A stretch of DNA of 64,000 nt from NCBI GenBank assembly GCA_964016885.1, contig CAXHJY010000929.1, positions 1 through 64,000 on the forward strand, given 5' to 3'. Position numbers and translations under genes: made by a program. This DNA comes from Eledone cirrhosa (lineage: Eukaryota). A model generated the notes under the pieces. It searched no databases, was not told where the DNA came from, and saw nothing but the letters and a program-made list of their open reading frames with translations. Positions 17,096 through 31,008 of this stretch are shown here, in pieces; the first letter of the stretch is position 1, and every line of letters starts with the position of its first letter.

Positions 17096-17316
17096 CCCTT
17101 TAGCATTTACATTACTCTATATTTACTATTGTATTTTCATGGTAAAGACTTTACCTCACATAATTATCTTACGTAATATCGAATCTATGAGATGTTGATA
17201 TAATTTATTTTGAGAACAATACCTTAACATCAGTATGAGTGGCCGGTTACAGGCAGTTTGAACAGAAAGAGGTGAGAGAATTCTGGCCAGATATGGCCGG
17301 TTTAAATGCTAAAGGG
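17096..17316. mobile_element. TTAA-flanked piggyBac-like MITE (related copies at about 4906-5095, 35571-35778, 59456-59655)
   Basis: TTAA target duplication; 14-bp TIR CCCTTTAGCATTTA. Confidence 0.85.
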
Positions 17317-20111
17317 TTAAGAAAGCGAGTACGTATTAAATAATTTAGTTCTAGATATATTCTATATCTTAAAAATGATAGGGTGATTATGTCTGCAATG
17401 CCTTTGATCACAGGGGAAATGTTCAACACCATAACTAGAGCATTGCTGACAAATTATCATCACAGTCATCATCATCATTATTAGCAGGGGTTGGATGGGT
17501 CATCACAGACCAAATCAGTACATAATCAGAGCAACTGATCTCTCTGGTGGGCTGGGGGGACCACATTTTGCTTATATACATACCCACACTTTACAGAGTG
17601 CACTGGGTGCATTCTGTCATGGCACCAGCATAAGTAAGCTTGTCATGTCTTTGACACAACTGAAGAGTCCTCTTGACTCCTTATTCAGTTTTCTACATCT
17701 AGATGCTTTTTCTATCACCAACCACTTTACAAGGTATACTTGGTGTCTTGTGTTATGTCACCAACAATGGAGAGGTTGTTTACCTATAACACAACAAGAA
17801 GTCCTCATGACCCTTTGGCAAGTTTTCTATGGCAGGATGCTCTTCCTATCACCAACTATTTTACAGGGTGTACTGGGTATATTTTTCATGGCACCAACAT
17901 TAGAGAGATTGCCATGTACTGACTAAAGGGTCCTTTCAACCCTTTGGTTTGGTTTTTACAGCTGGATGTTCTTCCTAACACCAACCACTTTACAGGATGT
18001 ACTTGATGCATTTTATCATAGCACCAGCACTAGAGAAATTATCATGTCTGGACTTTTGTGTCCTCTCAACCCTTCGGCTTGGTTTCTATGGCTGGAAACC
18101 CATCCTAACACCGACCACTTTACAGAGAATACTGGGTGTATTTATCATGGCACCAGCACTATGAATTAATTTTGCTTCAGTCCAAAATCTACCCCCCTTT
18201 TTGTCCCCATTCCCTTCCAGTTTCTCCCAATCCCAACTGCTAAACCCCTTATCTGTTAACTGGTAGCTTAGATATGTCATAGCAATTTATATTTCAACTG
18301 AAAATTACCATATATACTGCATAAATCCCATCATTTTTTACAAAAATATGATTTGAAAAACCAACATATGACTTATCTACTGGATCTATAAAAACACAAT
18401 TTAAAATATATGGTACATTGAGTATCAGATTAAATACACTCTTAGTTCAAATCTTGCTGAGGTCAACTTTACTTTTTGTCCCTTCAGAGTCGGTAAAATA
18501 AAGTACCAATCAAGTAATGGTGTTGATATAATCAACTACCCCCCCCCCCCTCTCCTAAATTAGAGCATTGAATTAAATGTTTTACAGCATTTGTTTTGAC
18601 TCTGTGCTCTGAGTTGAGTTCAAATCCAGCCAAGGTTAACACTGCCTTTCATCCTTTCGATATTGATAAATAAAATACCAAATCTAGAATTGCTGAATTA
18701 GCAGAATTGTTAATACATCAGACAGGGATGCTTTTTGATATTTGCTCTGACTCTTATGTATTCTGAGTTCAAATTCCATCTCCTGACATTGTAAAATGAT
18801 GATTCTGCCAGGGGTTGCAACCAGCAGAATGTCTCAGCAATGGAAAGACATAATGGTAGCATACTTCCCTTGGTCTGATTTGATAATCAGCTTCTTCTCT
18901 TTACATGCTGCATGTAAAACTGAGGTGTGAATTACATCTGAATATATACAGTAATTTATGGTAACTTATATGCAAATATATATGGTCATTTGTAAACTTG
19001 GCATTTATAAAAAATCTTAATTTTGTCTTATCTTTAGCTATTTTAAATTACATTTTTCTGGTGTTCAAGGAAATTTTTTTTATAATTCTAAACTTGATTT
19101 TTAAAAATGTTTTAATTCTTTGGAAAGATTATTATTTTAAAACTGATATTTAGAATGGAAACCCTGTAGAGACTAAATAACTTATTAACAAGAGCACTAA
19201 GACAGCATGATTAGTTGTTAATTATGGGTGCAGCATGGCTAAATAGTTAAAGTTCACTTTGCAGTTATTAGGTCCCAGGTTCAATCCCACTGAATAAACT
19301 TGAGTCAACCTATGTCTTTTGAGGAAAATTGGGTAGACAGAAACTATTTAGAAATCTGTCAGATGGACTGTACCTGTAAATCAAAGAGACATCCAATTCA
19401 AAGGGCCAACTTTATCGCACACTGTGTCATGCTGATTCATCATCATCATCATTGTATATCCGCTTTTCTCTGCTTGCAAATTAAATTATGGGTATGTGTC
19501 TTTGAAATGCTCAGCCTCTTACATTTTAGTTTAATGAGCAGGCTGCCACATTGATAAAAAATCAATGGAGGTCCATTCCATTCCACTAGCTGTTTGACTA
19601 TGTTTATGTTACATAAACTTTACTGTCTTTCATACTTTAGTATTTCAACATAAGTAAGTGGCTGCTGAATAATAACTCTGAAGTATATATATATACAACA
19701 ATAGCTGTGATATGATCAAGCATGGGAAAAAAACAGACATGAATTTATGATGATGATTGTGATCCCTGCTTAAAATACTCATAGTGAGATTAAATGTATG
19801 TTTGTTATACATAAATATATCATATAAAGGGTTCACATACACCTTTACATTGAACCACACTGTGTTAGAGCTATCACTAATACTAGCTGGTCATGGTTGC
19901 ACTATATGTAAATAAGTTATCAACAAAAATAGTTTGTTTAAAAAACCTATATATAAGATATTGTCTTCTGTACTTTGTAATCTTTGTAAGCAAGTGTCTG
20001 ATGAAGATGGATAAAAAATTTAGACCGACATGTATACAGTACTCTTACATGGGTATTGATGTAGCTGTGATATGATCACAGTTAAAAGTATTCACTGTTT
20101 GACTATGTTTA

Positions 20112-21773
20112 TCTATACATATATAAAAAACTGAAATTGTCTGTGTGTGTCCCCCCTAATTTTTGCAAAGTCTATACAAATCCACATTTCTACTCCGATT
20201 GACTTCAAACTTGCATTTATATATTCCTTGTGGTCTAAAGATATTAACTGCAGCTTTTATTTTTCAATTTTCTGTTGTTAAAGGGGTGTTAGGCACCGGT
20301 TAGCGATCTCTCTCTCTTACTCTGTCTTTTTAGATAGATACATACCAATAATGTCACGCCCTTATAATATCTGTCTATGTCTGGCTGTCTGCCTTACGAC
20401 ATTATGAAAACATTGTTCTCATTGCTGACGTATTATCTTCGCTATTTTCCGTTCATTGCCAGGGAAACGTCTTCACGAACCAAAGTATCGTCTTCCTGTT
20501 TTCCTTTGGTTGCAACATTTTTCGAAATATTTACTTCTGCGTTCACAGATTGATTTTTTTAGTTTCAGAAGATCCCGTTAAGGGTGAAAGCAGTGATTCT
20601 TTGCTTAAACTTTAATCTGTTATCTTAATATATATATATATATAATTATCACAGAAAAAAAGAGTCGGTGTTGCGACAAATGGAATTTATTGGACATATT
20701 ACAATCGTTTCTCTGGTGACCAGCTCGAAGCACGATCGATGCGATGATCAAACCTGACTTTGAAAATCGCAAGGTCCTCAGATAAGTCTTCATACTCTGC
20801 TCTATGAGAGCATCGAGTGCTCAAACGGATGCTTTAAGCATCCAACACCAATTATATATATAATTATATATTCGTGTACAGATATTTTTACATACACAAA
20901 AACAAAATATAAACAAATGCATTATTTCACGAAAGCACAGACGGCTTATCGTCATTGTTACTGCCGATAAGCCACCCAAAAAGTCCCACTACTTTTGGCA
21001 CAAGGCCAGCAATTACATAGTCAATGGTTCGGAAATCACATGCATCACTGACGAGTTTACTCCTTACTCTCCCAGTTAGTTTTAGTGTAATTCATCCTGC
21101 TTTTGAAGGAAGAGATACTCCATTGGCCAAAATACTGAGAAAGCGGCAAGAAAAAGAACAAGGCGGGCAAACGAGCATCAGTAGAATCTGCTATTCGATG
21201 GTTGCAAGATGCTGAACGTACTGCCACCAGAAGAGCACTTGAAACAGACAACCAACGAACCATTCGCCGAACCGTGTCAGCTTCGCAATGTCTATCAACA
21301 AATCCCAGGGTCAGACACTAGCTGTTGCTGGTCTTCTTTTGGAAGAGTCATGTTTTACACATGGGCAACTATACTTTGGTTGCTCAAGAGTGGGAAGCAA
21401 CACAAATCTCTTTGTATATGCCCGACATGGAAGAACAAGGAACATTGTGTACAAGGAGATGCTACAATCATTGTTTAGGTAGACGAGGCAGAAGGGGATA
21501 TACACGATTGGCTGAAGAAGGACGAGACTGTATTAGTAGTACGACCAACGGCTTCTATCACACCAACAGTAACAAAAACAACAACAAAAAAGAGAGGGAT
21601 CGCAATTACATGCTTTTGAAAAATCTTAATGGAAAATTATTTGCCTAAGCACAAAATGTAGACACCATCCCCAGGCCGAGGTATTCAGTACTTCTCTGTA
21701 CTGTTTCAGAAAGGGGGGATAAACATGCCAATCTATGTTTAGAAGTCTGAGCAACGCCGGGCCATTCTGCTAG
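20112..21773 (+). mobile_element. Internally deleted Helitron with a PIF1 helicase C-terminal remnant (21288-21482)
   Basis: 5' TC, 3' CTAG with a subterminal GC-rich hairpin remnant (GCAACGCCGGG), inserted at A|T with no TSD; peptide 'SINKSQGQTL...CFTHGQLYFGCSRVG...TRNIVYKE'. Confidence 0.9.
20693..20788 (-). ncRNA. Hammerhead ribozyme-like motif with a long stem II insert
   Basis: Minus strand gacttat-CTGAGGA-...-GAAA-CGATTG-TA-atatgtc, followed by AATAAA; lies in a (TA)n-flanked insert. Confidence 0.45.
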
Positions 21774-22896
21774 TGTTACATAAACACAATCAATATGGGG
21801 ACATATACATCTTTATTAAATCATTTCTGTCCCAAATTTCAAAAGTTTATCTATACCTGAAATATAATGTAACATTTAAAAAAATATTACAATCAATTTA
21901 TAGGCAGCAAATTGACAGAGTTGTTTGACCCTTTCATTTACATATTTCTAAAAAAATATAGACATTGCCTATTATTTTCAAATCATTTCCAAAATAATCC
22001 AGAACTTAGAGAGATTTGGTTATATATTATAACTGATTCTCTCGTTATTCTGTTGGTGTTTGGGACATCATTTAAAGGTTCTTACATTAAAATTATGATA
22101 AATGGATTTTAGATAAATATAAATACTTTAAAACAAATCATTTTCATCATAGATTCTGGAACTGTTTCAGGCAGTTTGGTATCAAAAGGGTTAAATGTCT
22201 GAAAGAATACTGTGCAGTATTCATTCTTGTTCTCTGTTCTCTGAGTTCAAATCTTGTTGAGATTCACTTTGCCTTACATCCTTTCAAGGTCTATTAATAT
22301 AGAACCAGTCCAGTATTGGAGTTGTCTCTCTTTAACTCTCTTTCTCTCTTTTGCTGGAGAAGAATGGGTTCTACTAGGCTTAAAATGTTAAACTACACAA
22401 GAGACACCATGTCATGACACTACTCCTACAGCTCCATCAGGAGTTCAGGGCCATCTTAAGATTAATATTCAAATTTATCATTAATCCTTCTGTGACTGTA
22501 TTTCTCTATTTCAATTAATTAATTAATTAATTAATTAAAAATTTTGAGGGATTTACTAAAATTATTGTTTCATTACTTAGTAATTTAACATGTGGATCTT
22601 AAGGAAAATTATGTAGGAAGATTTTAATTTAAACAGGAACTCTTTAAAAAAAGTAGTTTTGTTTCATAAAACCCAAGGCAGTTTGGGTTGGATTTGGTAT
22701 CAAAAAGTTTAACATGTGTTTCTTATATAAAATAGGAACCTATTAGAACATGCTTTTTGTTTCATAAAACCACTGCCACTTTGGGGTAAGTATTAAAAGG
22801 GTTAAATTTCCATAATTTATAGATTGTTGGTTTTTATATCCAACAAATTTTGTGGTTATTTTATTTTTATTTTTTATCTTTTTTTTTTTGTTTTAG

Positions 22897-23014
22897 GATT
22901 TGATCCTGTGATGATGATTGATGGTCACCTTACTCCTGAGTACATTGATGACAATGGTCTTTATAACGGTAACCCAGAATTTATGATGCCTTCAGGAAAC
23001 TTATATAATGTCAG
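22897..23014 (+). CDS. KIFAP3: KIFAP3 penultimate coding exon (GFDPVMMIDGHLTPEYIDDNGLYNG...)
   Basis: Long polypyrimidine tract plus AG, GTGAGT donor; phases match both neighbouring exons; weak similarity to the KAP3 tail. Confidence 0.85.
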
Positions 23015-23079
23015 GTGAGTTTTAGTTTTCATTATCACAGACTGGCAACAACATAATACAAAAAACCCAGCCATTTGTA

Positions 23080-23473
23080 CTCTGAAGTCTCAAATAATCG
23101 TCCCCCACCCATTTATTAATTTTTCAGATACCACCCCTCCAGTCTTATCTTCTTCCCCTCCCTATTAAATGTCAGATTATTCCCGCCCCTCCATCCCCAC
23201 TTATTAAATTTTGCTAATCTATCGGCAGCAAAATTTTATTTTAAGTAATAGCATTCCTCTGATAATTAATTTTCTTTAGACATTAAAAACCATTATACAT
23301 GACCAAAAAGAAATTCCATATGTTATAAAATAAATAGGATGGGTCAGGGTCTCAAATATGTAAACTAAACGACTAATTCTGGTTTTTTTTTAAATCAATG
23401 GAGACAACTTAGAAAAATTAACAATTTTCCAACCCTCCTGTTTACCCCCCCCCCCTTATTTGGGACCCAAGAG
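23080..23473. mobile_element. Tc1/pogo-like MITE
   Basis: TA flanks; imperfect TIR CTCTGAAGTCTCAAATAA / TTATTTGGGACCCAAGAG. Confidence 0.65.
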
Positions 23474-24345
23474 TACAAGCACAGTACACACAAAAGGTAA
23501 ATGTAGTGAATGACTGGAAGTTATAGTATTGGTCTTCAAACAAAGACAATATAGAGTTTGAGAGGACCCTTCAGTTTAGTCTATCATGTAACTACTTCTC
23601 TAGTGTTGGTGCCATGATAAAACACACTCAGTACATCCTGTAATATGTTAGTGTCAGTGCCACACCTACACATCTCATACATATACACACACAAACTCAT
23701 GCACATGCACCTACGCATATACACACACTCACATACACCTACATATACACACACACACATACATCTACGTATATACATTACCTCACTCATTCACGTATTT
23801 ATAAATCTCTGGAACTGACTTGACACAAATACAGAAGTGTTGTCACTTTGTTAGTGACCAGCTTTAATGTTGTGAATAACTTAAATCACAATACAAAACC
23901 CTAGCCCCAACTTATGGAAACAATAATTCAATTTTATGTATTAAGATTTCCAAAATAACTTTGCGATTATTTGTAAATGTAGTGAAATATTTTTTATGGC
24001 TATTACACAACCTCTCTAGTGCTGGTGTCACAATAAAATGTACCCAGTACACTCTGTAAAGTAAAGTGGTAGTGCTGATGCCACAATAAAATTCACCCAG
24101 TATACTCTGTAAAGTGGTAGTATTAGTGGTGGCATGATAAAACACACTTAGATCACTCTGTAAAGTGGAAGGGCGTCCAGCTGTATAAACTATGCCAAAA
24201 ATGGTATGTATGAGCAAGACGTGGTTCTCTAACTTGGCTTATTCATACCAACATGAAAAACAGGCATAAAATGGTGAAGATGATGATGTTGATAATGATG
24301 ATCGTGTTTATGTTGTTACTCATATATATATATGTTTTGTCTCAG

Positions 24346-24541
24346 ATACAGTGGTGAATTTGAGCCATACATTCGACCTGGTACTCAACTCGGTTTCATT
24401 GTCGATGGTCAAGCTGTTGATGAATACGGTCGACCAATTGGTATGTATCGACCTCCCGGTATTGCCGATTACCAGCAAATCTACCCAAAAGGCAACCTAG
24501 AAGATGACTACATCTATAGCAGCTATGCATATCAAAGATAG
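24346..24541 (+). CDS. KIFAP3: KIFAP3 last coding exon, Tyr-rich tail (YSGEFEPYIRPG...DEYGRPIGMYRPPG...YAYQR*)
   Basis: ctcAG acceptor, phase matches; 'DEYGRPIGMYRP' resembles KAP3 'DGFGQPVGILGRP'; TAG at 24539-24541. Confidence 0.88.
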
Positions 24542-24705
24542 AAAAACACAATGTTTGGCTTCACAAGGAAGACATTCCTGAGACAATATTTTCCTTTAAC
24601 CAAACCAGATGTAATTTATTTATTTGCTTTATTTTTTCATTTGTTTTAAAAGTAAAAAAACAACAACAAAAACTTAATATTTTAGCATGAATTATTATTA
24701 TTATT

Positions 24706-24884
24706 ATTTGGCAGTATCGGTAGAGGGTCGGACGCCATGCTTTGACGCATAGAGTTACGGCCCTTGCCATTCTGAGTTCAAATCCCGCCGAGGTTAACTT
24801 TGCCTTTCATCCTTACGGGGTCGATAAAATAAAGTACCAGTAATACACTGGGTAATTGCTGGCCTTGTACCAAAAGTAGAAACA

Positions 24885-24890
<6 letters not shown>
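24706..24890 (+). mobile_element. tRNA-derived SINE family A (central CTTTGCCTTTCATCCTTACGGGGTCGATAAA, Meta-domain-like); other copies at about 1752-1975, 6543-6765, 29476-29650, 30621-30815 (+) and 34440-34622, 40608-40796, 49023-49202, 55501-55690 (-)
   Basis: A box TGGCAGTATCGGT, B box GAGTTCAAATCC, (ATT)n tail; more than 15 recognisable copies. Confidence 0.88.
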
Positions 24891-24923
<33 letters not shown>

Positions 24924-25215
24924 GTTAGCCCACTTCCAATAAAACAAAAAAACCAACAAAAAAAAATGTTAATGCTGCTTGAAATATTTGAAAATTAATG
25001 GAATATTTAACAAAACATTTACACTACACCATCCTCTGTTGGAGATTTATAGATTAACCCTTTTCTGCCCAAATTTTTAACAAGAGTAATATACTGCCTT
25101 TGTGTTTCAGTTGTCAAAATAATCAACAATTATGAAAGGTTTAGTGAAATAACTAACTTTCAACTTAATAACAAAAAACAAATATTTAACTTCTGAAATC
25201 TAATATTATCTAGTG

Positions 25216-25543
25216 CAGTGAAACCTCAGTTCACAAACTTAATTTGTTCCTGAAGGCCATTCTTCACCCGAAATGTTTGTAAACTGAAACTGTTTTTCCC
25301 CATATGAATTGTTGAGAGAGACTGTGTGTGAAAGACAGACAGATAGATATCACCATAGTAACTAACTACGCAGCATGTGACACTCTCTCAACAATACTCC
25401 AAGCTTGTTGCCACCATTATTGCCGGCTTGTGTGTTCATTACTCAAGACACCTTTTGTGAACTGAGACGTTTTATGTTGGGAAAAATTGTTCATGAACCG
25501 ATTTGTTCATGATGAGAGGTGTTTGTGAACTGAGGTTCCATTG
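25216..25543. mobile_element. Tigger/pogo-like MITE downstream of the KIFAP3 stop
   Basis: ~23-bp TIR CAGTGAAACCTCAGTTCACAAAC / GTTTGTGAACTGAGGTTCCATTG. Confidence 0.78.
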
Positions 25544-28500
25544 TATATTAGAAATGAGATTTCAGTCAAAGATTTGAATTTTAAATTGAACATATTAATA
25601 GATGTTGTTTTGGGGGTAGGCTGGCGTTTAAAGGGTTAAATGTTGTTCAATTGTTGCATCATTTGACCAACTAACTTGCTGCTAAATTTTTGGGCCTTTT
25701 CTGTTCTTATTTCTGGAAGAAAAGAAAAAATACATTAAAATTTCCAACGAGTGTTTTACTGGAGTAGGAACCTTGAAGAAGTTTTGACACTGTTTCAGCT
25801 TTTTGTTTTTTCTTTGTGTGTTTGTCTTTGTATGTGTGTATCTGTGTGCATGACTGTGTATGAGTGTGTCTGTCTGTCTGTGTGTTTGTATGTGTGCATG
25901 AGTGTATATTTGTACGTGTGCACGAGTGTATGTTTGTATGTGTGTGTGGATAAAATATGTATACCGTATGTGTACATAGCTCAGCTGTCAAATGAACTGT
26001 TACAATTTTTTTTTCTGTTTTAAAATATATTTTTTATTTTGATCTTATTTTTTAAGTTTATTTTTTTAAGGAAAAAATCTCAAAAGAAAATTTGCTTCAG
26101 TATTTTTGGGACCAAAGAGTTTGATTTGTGATCCCCACCCACCTTTGAATTGAGGGGAGAGTGATAGTTTTTCAATTGGTCTGTTTGTTTGTTTGTTTTA
26201 TTTATTTTTATTTTTGTTTTGTTCTGTTGATTATTTGGTGGTGTTGCCTGCCAACCTAAAGCTCATGGCCTAATGGTTAGAGTGCTGTACTAATGATCAT
26301 AAGGTCATGGGTTTGATTTCTGGATTAAGCGGGTTTCAGTCCACTCAACTGGAAAAAAAACAATGAGTACCAGCTCCAGCTGTGGCTTAATCCTTGCATT
26401 GGACTGGCGTCTGGTCCAGGGTGGGAGTGTTTTCAAGATAGGTTTGATTCCTGGACAGGGTGACTTTCAATCCACTCAACTGTCATTAAAGAACCAAGAA
26501 ACCTTATTGGAGGTCAATTAAACCAACATAAATATGAGCTGTAACAACATGATAGAATTGGAGCCCCTATTATTAACACTCAAGAAATCTTGTAACATAT
26601 ATAGGTATGAACTGTAACAACAAGCTACCAACCAAACAGTTCTGTTTTGAGAAACTACCTTGCTAAAATCCTTTAAGGGCAAAGTTTTTTTGTTGGAGTG
26701 GACACATCATACCATTGTCCACCAAATCTCTTACAAAATAAATTATTATATAATAAATAAGTATTAATAAATAATGTATAATAATTAATAAGTATTAATG
26801 TAGACCTCCGTAAGTCATGACTGACCATGGTTTTGCTTCTGGACCATGACTCAAGCTGGACAAGGTGTTTTATGTAGACCAGCTGTTATACATGCAAGCC
26901 AATCTCTCTTCTCCATACCACTCATGCTGTCCAAGGGAAAGATAAAGCCCAATGCACCAGTGCAACTCATATATACTCTATACATATACTAATATACACC
27001 ATATACATTATCTATGATGTTGTCCAAGGGAATGGCTAAGGCCAATACAGCTTGGCATCAGTGATGTCATTACTCATGCATACAGTATATATGATGTCTA
27101 AGACTTATACAGTTTGGTATCTGTGTCATCACAACTTTTTTTTCCAGCTGAGTTGACTGAAGCAACGTGAAATATAGTGTCTTGCTCAAAGATACAATCT
27201 GCCATCCTGTCTGAGAATCATAATCACAATCTTATGATTGTGAGCTGAACATCTTAACCAGTAAGCCATGCACCTTTATCTAATAAGTATTATAATATAT
27301 TTAATAAATACTGTATTATTAAGAGTATCTTAAGTACAATAGCATCCTGGTCTCCTGATCACCTGTCAGGTATATTTAATGACATTCTGTGCTATCACAG
27401 TTGTTGTTTTATTACCTGTCGAGTATATTTAATGACATTCTGTCACAGTTGTGTTTTAGTCAACTTATCACACAATATTCTTATTCTAAACACTACAAAC
27501 ATAGTCTATAGTTGTTAGTTGTCTCAGATCTATTCTGTCCTGTTCTGGTGTTGTATTGGTGTTTTGTTGCAAAGGAATCACAGGCTTAGTGTTTTACACA
27601 ACCTACATACCCACCTATTTACATACCTACCAATCTACATATTCATCAATCTACCAACCTACCCACCTGTCTACCAATGCACCCAATAATCTGTTTCATT
27701 AGTATACTTAATCATTGCCAACAATAAAGTTTCACATTTAACCCTTTCTTTGCAGTTTCAATGCAGAAAAAATGACATGACAAAGATATTTATTTCATAA
27801 ATTATTATTATTATTGTTATCATTATTATTGTATATCTGTGTTCAAATCCCTTGAGGTCAATTTTACTTTTCATCGTTCTTAGGTAGATAAAATAATGTA
27901 CCAGTCAAGTATTAGGGTCGATTTAAATGACTTTCTCCTTCCCACTAAAATTGATGGCCCTGTGCTAATGTTAGAAAGAATTATATTTATTATTATTACT
28001 TTGATATCTCAGTCATTAATGTTATTTAACCAGAAAATTTTCCCTAATGAATATCAAGCCTCTACCTGCAGCCTCAGATATTCAGGATGTATTGGAGAGT
28101 CCTTGCTGTTCCCAGTAGGCATGCCCTTTGGAGTGTTCCAAAAAAAATGGGGCTGGGTTAATGTTTTTTAATCAGCCTTGGAAGCTCTTCGAGATAGTAC
28201 CTAGTGCTCCTATGATGATGGGAACAACCTTGATCTCATGACAGTCCCAAATCCTTTTCAGTTTCAACTTTAGATCCTGGTACCGGTTAATTCTCTCTCT
28301 CCTTTTCTTGCACTCAAGTGTCAAAGGAGCAAGCTACATCTGTAATCAAACAAGACCTTTTTTCCTTGTAAAAAAACCAAGACAGGCCTATTGTGTTCTA
28401 ATTATTATTAACTTTGCCTTTCATCCTTACGGGGTCGATAAAATAAAGTACCAGTAATACACTGGGATAATTGCTGGCCTTGTGCCAAAAATAGAAACAA

Positions 28501-28746
28501 TTATTGTCAATAACTTTATCTTGCTATTTATCTATGTTTAGCACAGCCCATATTGCTACCAACCACAGCTAACACTTCAATAACTATGATTCTGGGTTGT
28601 GGAGTAGACCTGATTCATTGCTCTGATTGTGCACCACTAGCACCATCATCACTACCACCAGCATCACTATCACCACACCACTACCACTTAAAGTATCTTA
28701 TGTAAAATTATGATGAAAGGATTTAAGATAAATATAAACACTTTAA

Positions 28747-29004
28747 CCCTTTCATTACCATATTTCTAATGAAAGATACTGCTTATGATTTACAACTAAG
28801 TTTTTTAAATAATCAAGAATTTGGAGGTATTTAATAAAATAACTAACTTTCTCATGATTAAGCTGGTGTTTGAAACGTAAATTAACAAAGGTTGTGACAT
28901 AAAATTATGATGGAAGGCTTTTAGATAAATATAAACACTTTAAAACAAACATTTTTGTATCTTAGAATAGGGCTACAGTTGCAGGCAGTTTAGTATCAGA
29001 AGTG
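28747..29004. mobile_element. TTAA-flanked MITE family (other copies at about 16523-16743, 42375-42610, 56390-56680, plus fragments)
   Basis: TTAA|CCCTTTCATTACCA ... TAGTATCAGAAGTG|TTAA imperfect TIR; recurring internal sequence. Confidence 0.7.
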
Positions 29005-29076
29005 TTAAGCTGTTTTTCGGAATATAACTTAACAAAGGTTCTAACTTAAAATTATGATGGAAGATTTTTAGATAAA

Positions 29077-29220
29077 TTGGCTGTATGGTTTAGAAGTTCA
29101 CTTCTAAAGCATGTAGCTCTGGATTCAGTCCTGCTGCATAGCACCTTGGGAAAGTATCTTTTGCTACTAATACCCTGTGAATGAATTTGGTAGTTGGGAA
29201 CTGTGAAAACCTGTCATTTA
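29077..29220 (+). mobile_element. tRNA-derived CORE-like SINE family C (copies at about 5870-6000, 12600-12765, 13560-13650, 19226-19360, 47415-47570)
   Basis: TGGCTGTATGGTT head with a CACCTTGGG(C/A)AAGT core, recurring through the window. Confidence 0.65.
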
Positions 29221-30976
29221 TATGTATGTGTGTTTGTGTATGTCTTAGCCTCCAAAACTCTGAAATTGGTGAATCTTTTACCATACTGAAAAGTATGGGT
29301 TGGCATCTGGCCATTGAAATTCGCCATGGATAAAGCAAAACAGAAATAAACAGTTTAGTATTGTAGAAGCAGGGGTAGTTTCAGGCAGATTGATACCAAA
29401 ATGTTTTAAAACTTTCTGGCAAAATAATCTGCCTTGCTCTAAAACCCTCTTTCTCAAACATGTTTTTTCTGTTTTAGAAGCATTAGAGGGTCGGACACCA
29501 TGCTTTTCAGCATAGTTACGTCCCTTTACAGTCTGAGTTCAAATCCCGCGGAGGTTAACTTTTCCTTTCATCCTTACGGGGGTCAATAAAATAAAGTACC
29601 AGTAATGCACTGGGATAATTGCTGGCCTTGTGCCAAAAGTAGAAACAATTATTTGTAAGAACGAAGGTTGACTTTGCCCTCTACTCAAATTGCTAGCCTT
29701 GTGCCTAAATTAGAAATCAAAGGTGATGGATTAGCAGAATTGGAAGTGTGGGGGATTTCAACCCTCCTGGGATTGATAAAATAAAATACCAGTTAAGTCT
29801 GGGGTCAATATAATTGACATTCTCATCCCTCTAAGTAGTTGGTCTTTTACCTGAATTAGAAATCATTAGTGTTATCAACATCACCACTACCAGCATCACC
29901 ATCATTACCACCATAATCACCATCACTACCACCACAACCACCACCAATATCACCACTGTCATCATCAACAATATTTTTTTTATCTATTGCTTGAAATATA
30001 TTTTTCTTTTTTAAATTTTCTTCATTTTTTAATTTTTTTTATTCTCTTCCCACTGAGAACAAGATACTTCAAAATGTCTTTTATTATCAGCATCTTTATC
30101 ATCAGGGCAGTGGTTTGGTAGAAGCATTAAAGAATCAGACAAAATGCCTTGTGATATTTGTCCCAGTTCTGTAGACGAGTTAAAATCTTGTTGAGGCCAA
30201 CCTTGTTTTTTATCTTTACAGGCTAGGGTGTTTGGTTCACAATCTTATGGTTATGGGTTTCAATTCCCAGTGGCATACAGTGTCCTTGTGCAAGACACTT
30301 TATTTCACATTGCTCCTGTCCACTCAGCTAGCAAAAATGAGATGTAAGATGTACTTGTAATTCAAATCAAAGGGCTGGCCTTGCCACACACTGTGTCATG
30401 CTGAATACCCATGAGAGTGACATTAAGTGTTTGTGTCTGTGGAATGCTCAGACACTTGCACTATAATAAAAGATGAACTATGTCTGTAATTCAAAGTGTC
30501 GGCCTTATCAGAAACTGTCATGCTGATTCTCTCTGAAAATTATGGAGATCCAAGTACTAGTCAACCCCCAAAATTTCTGGCCTTGTTCCTCAATTAGAAA
30601 CCATTGTTATCATTATTTATTAGGGCATTGGATTGGCAGTATTGGTAGAGCATCGGACAGCTTGCTTCATGGCATTGAGTTATGGCCCTTTATGTTCTGA
30701 GTTCAAATCCTGCCAAGGTTAGCTTTGCCTTTCATCCTTACGGGGTCGATAAAATAAAGTACCAGAAAAACACTGGGATAATTGCTGGCCTTGTGCCAAA
30801 AGTAGAAACAATTATTATCATTATATATAATATATGTTTATATTTCTCAGTATTAATGAGATTAGTACCAATTTTTTAATTATTTTTTTTTGTTGATTTC
30901 TTGCTGTAATACACTTAGATGTAAACTATTAATAATAGTAATAATAATAATATGTCAAAGTCTGTCATAAAAGCTA

Positions 30977-31008
<32 letters not shown>

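Noticed and set aside
24938-24943. AATAAA as the KIFAP3 poly(A) signal
   Set aside because: Plausible, but AATAAA is frequent in this AT-rich DNA and within the SINEs; the 3' end cannot be fixed without transcript data.
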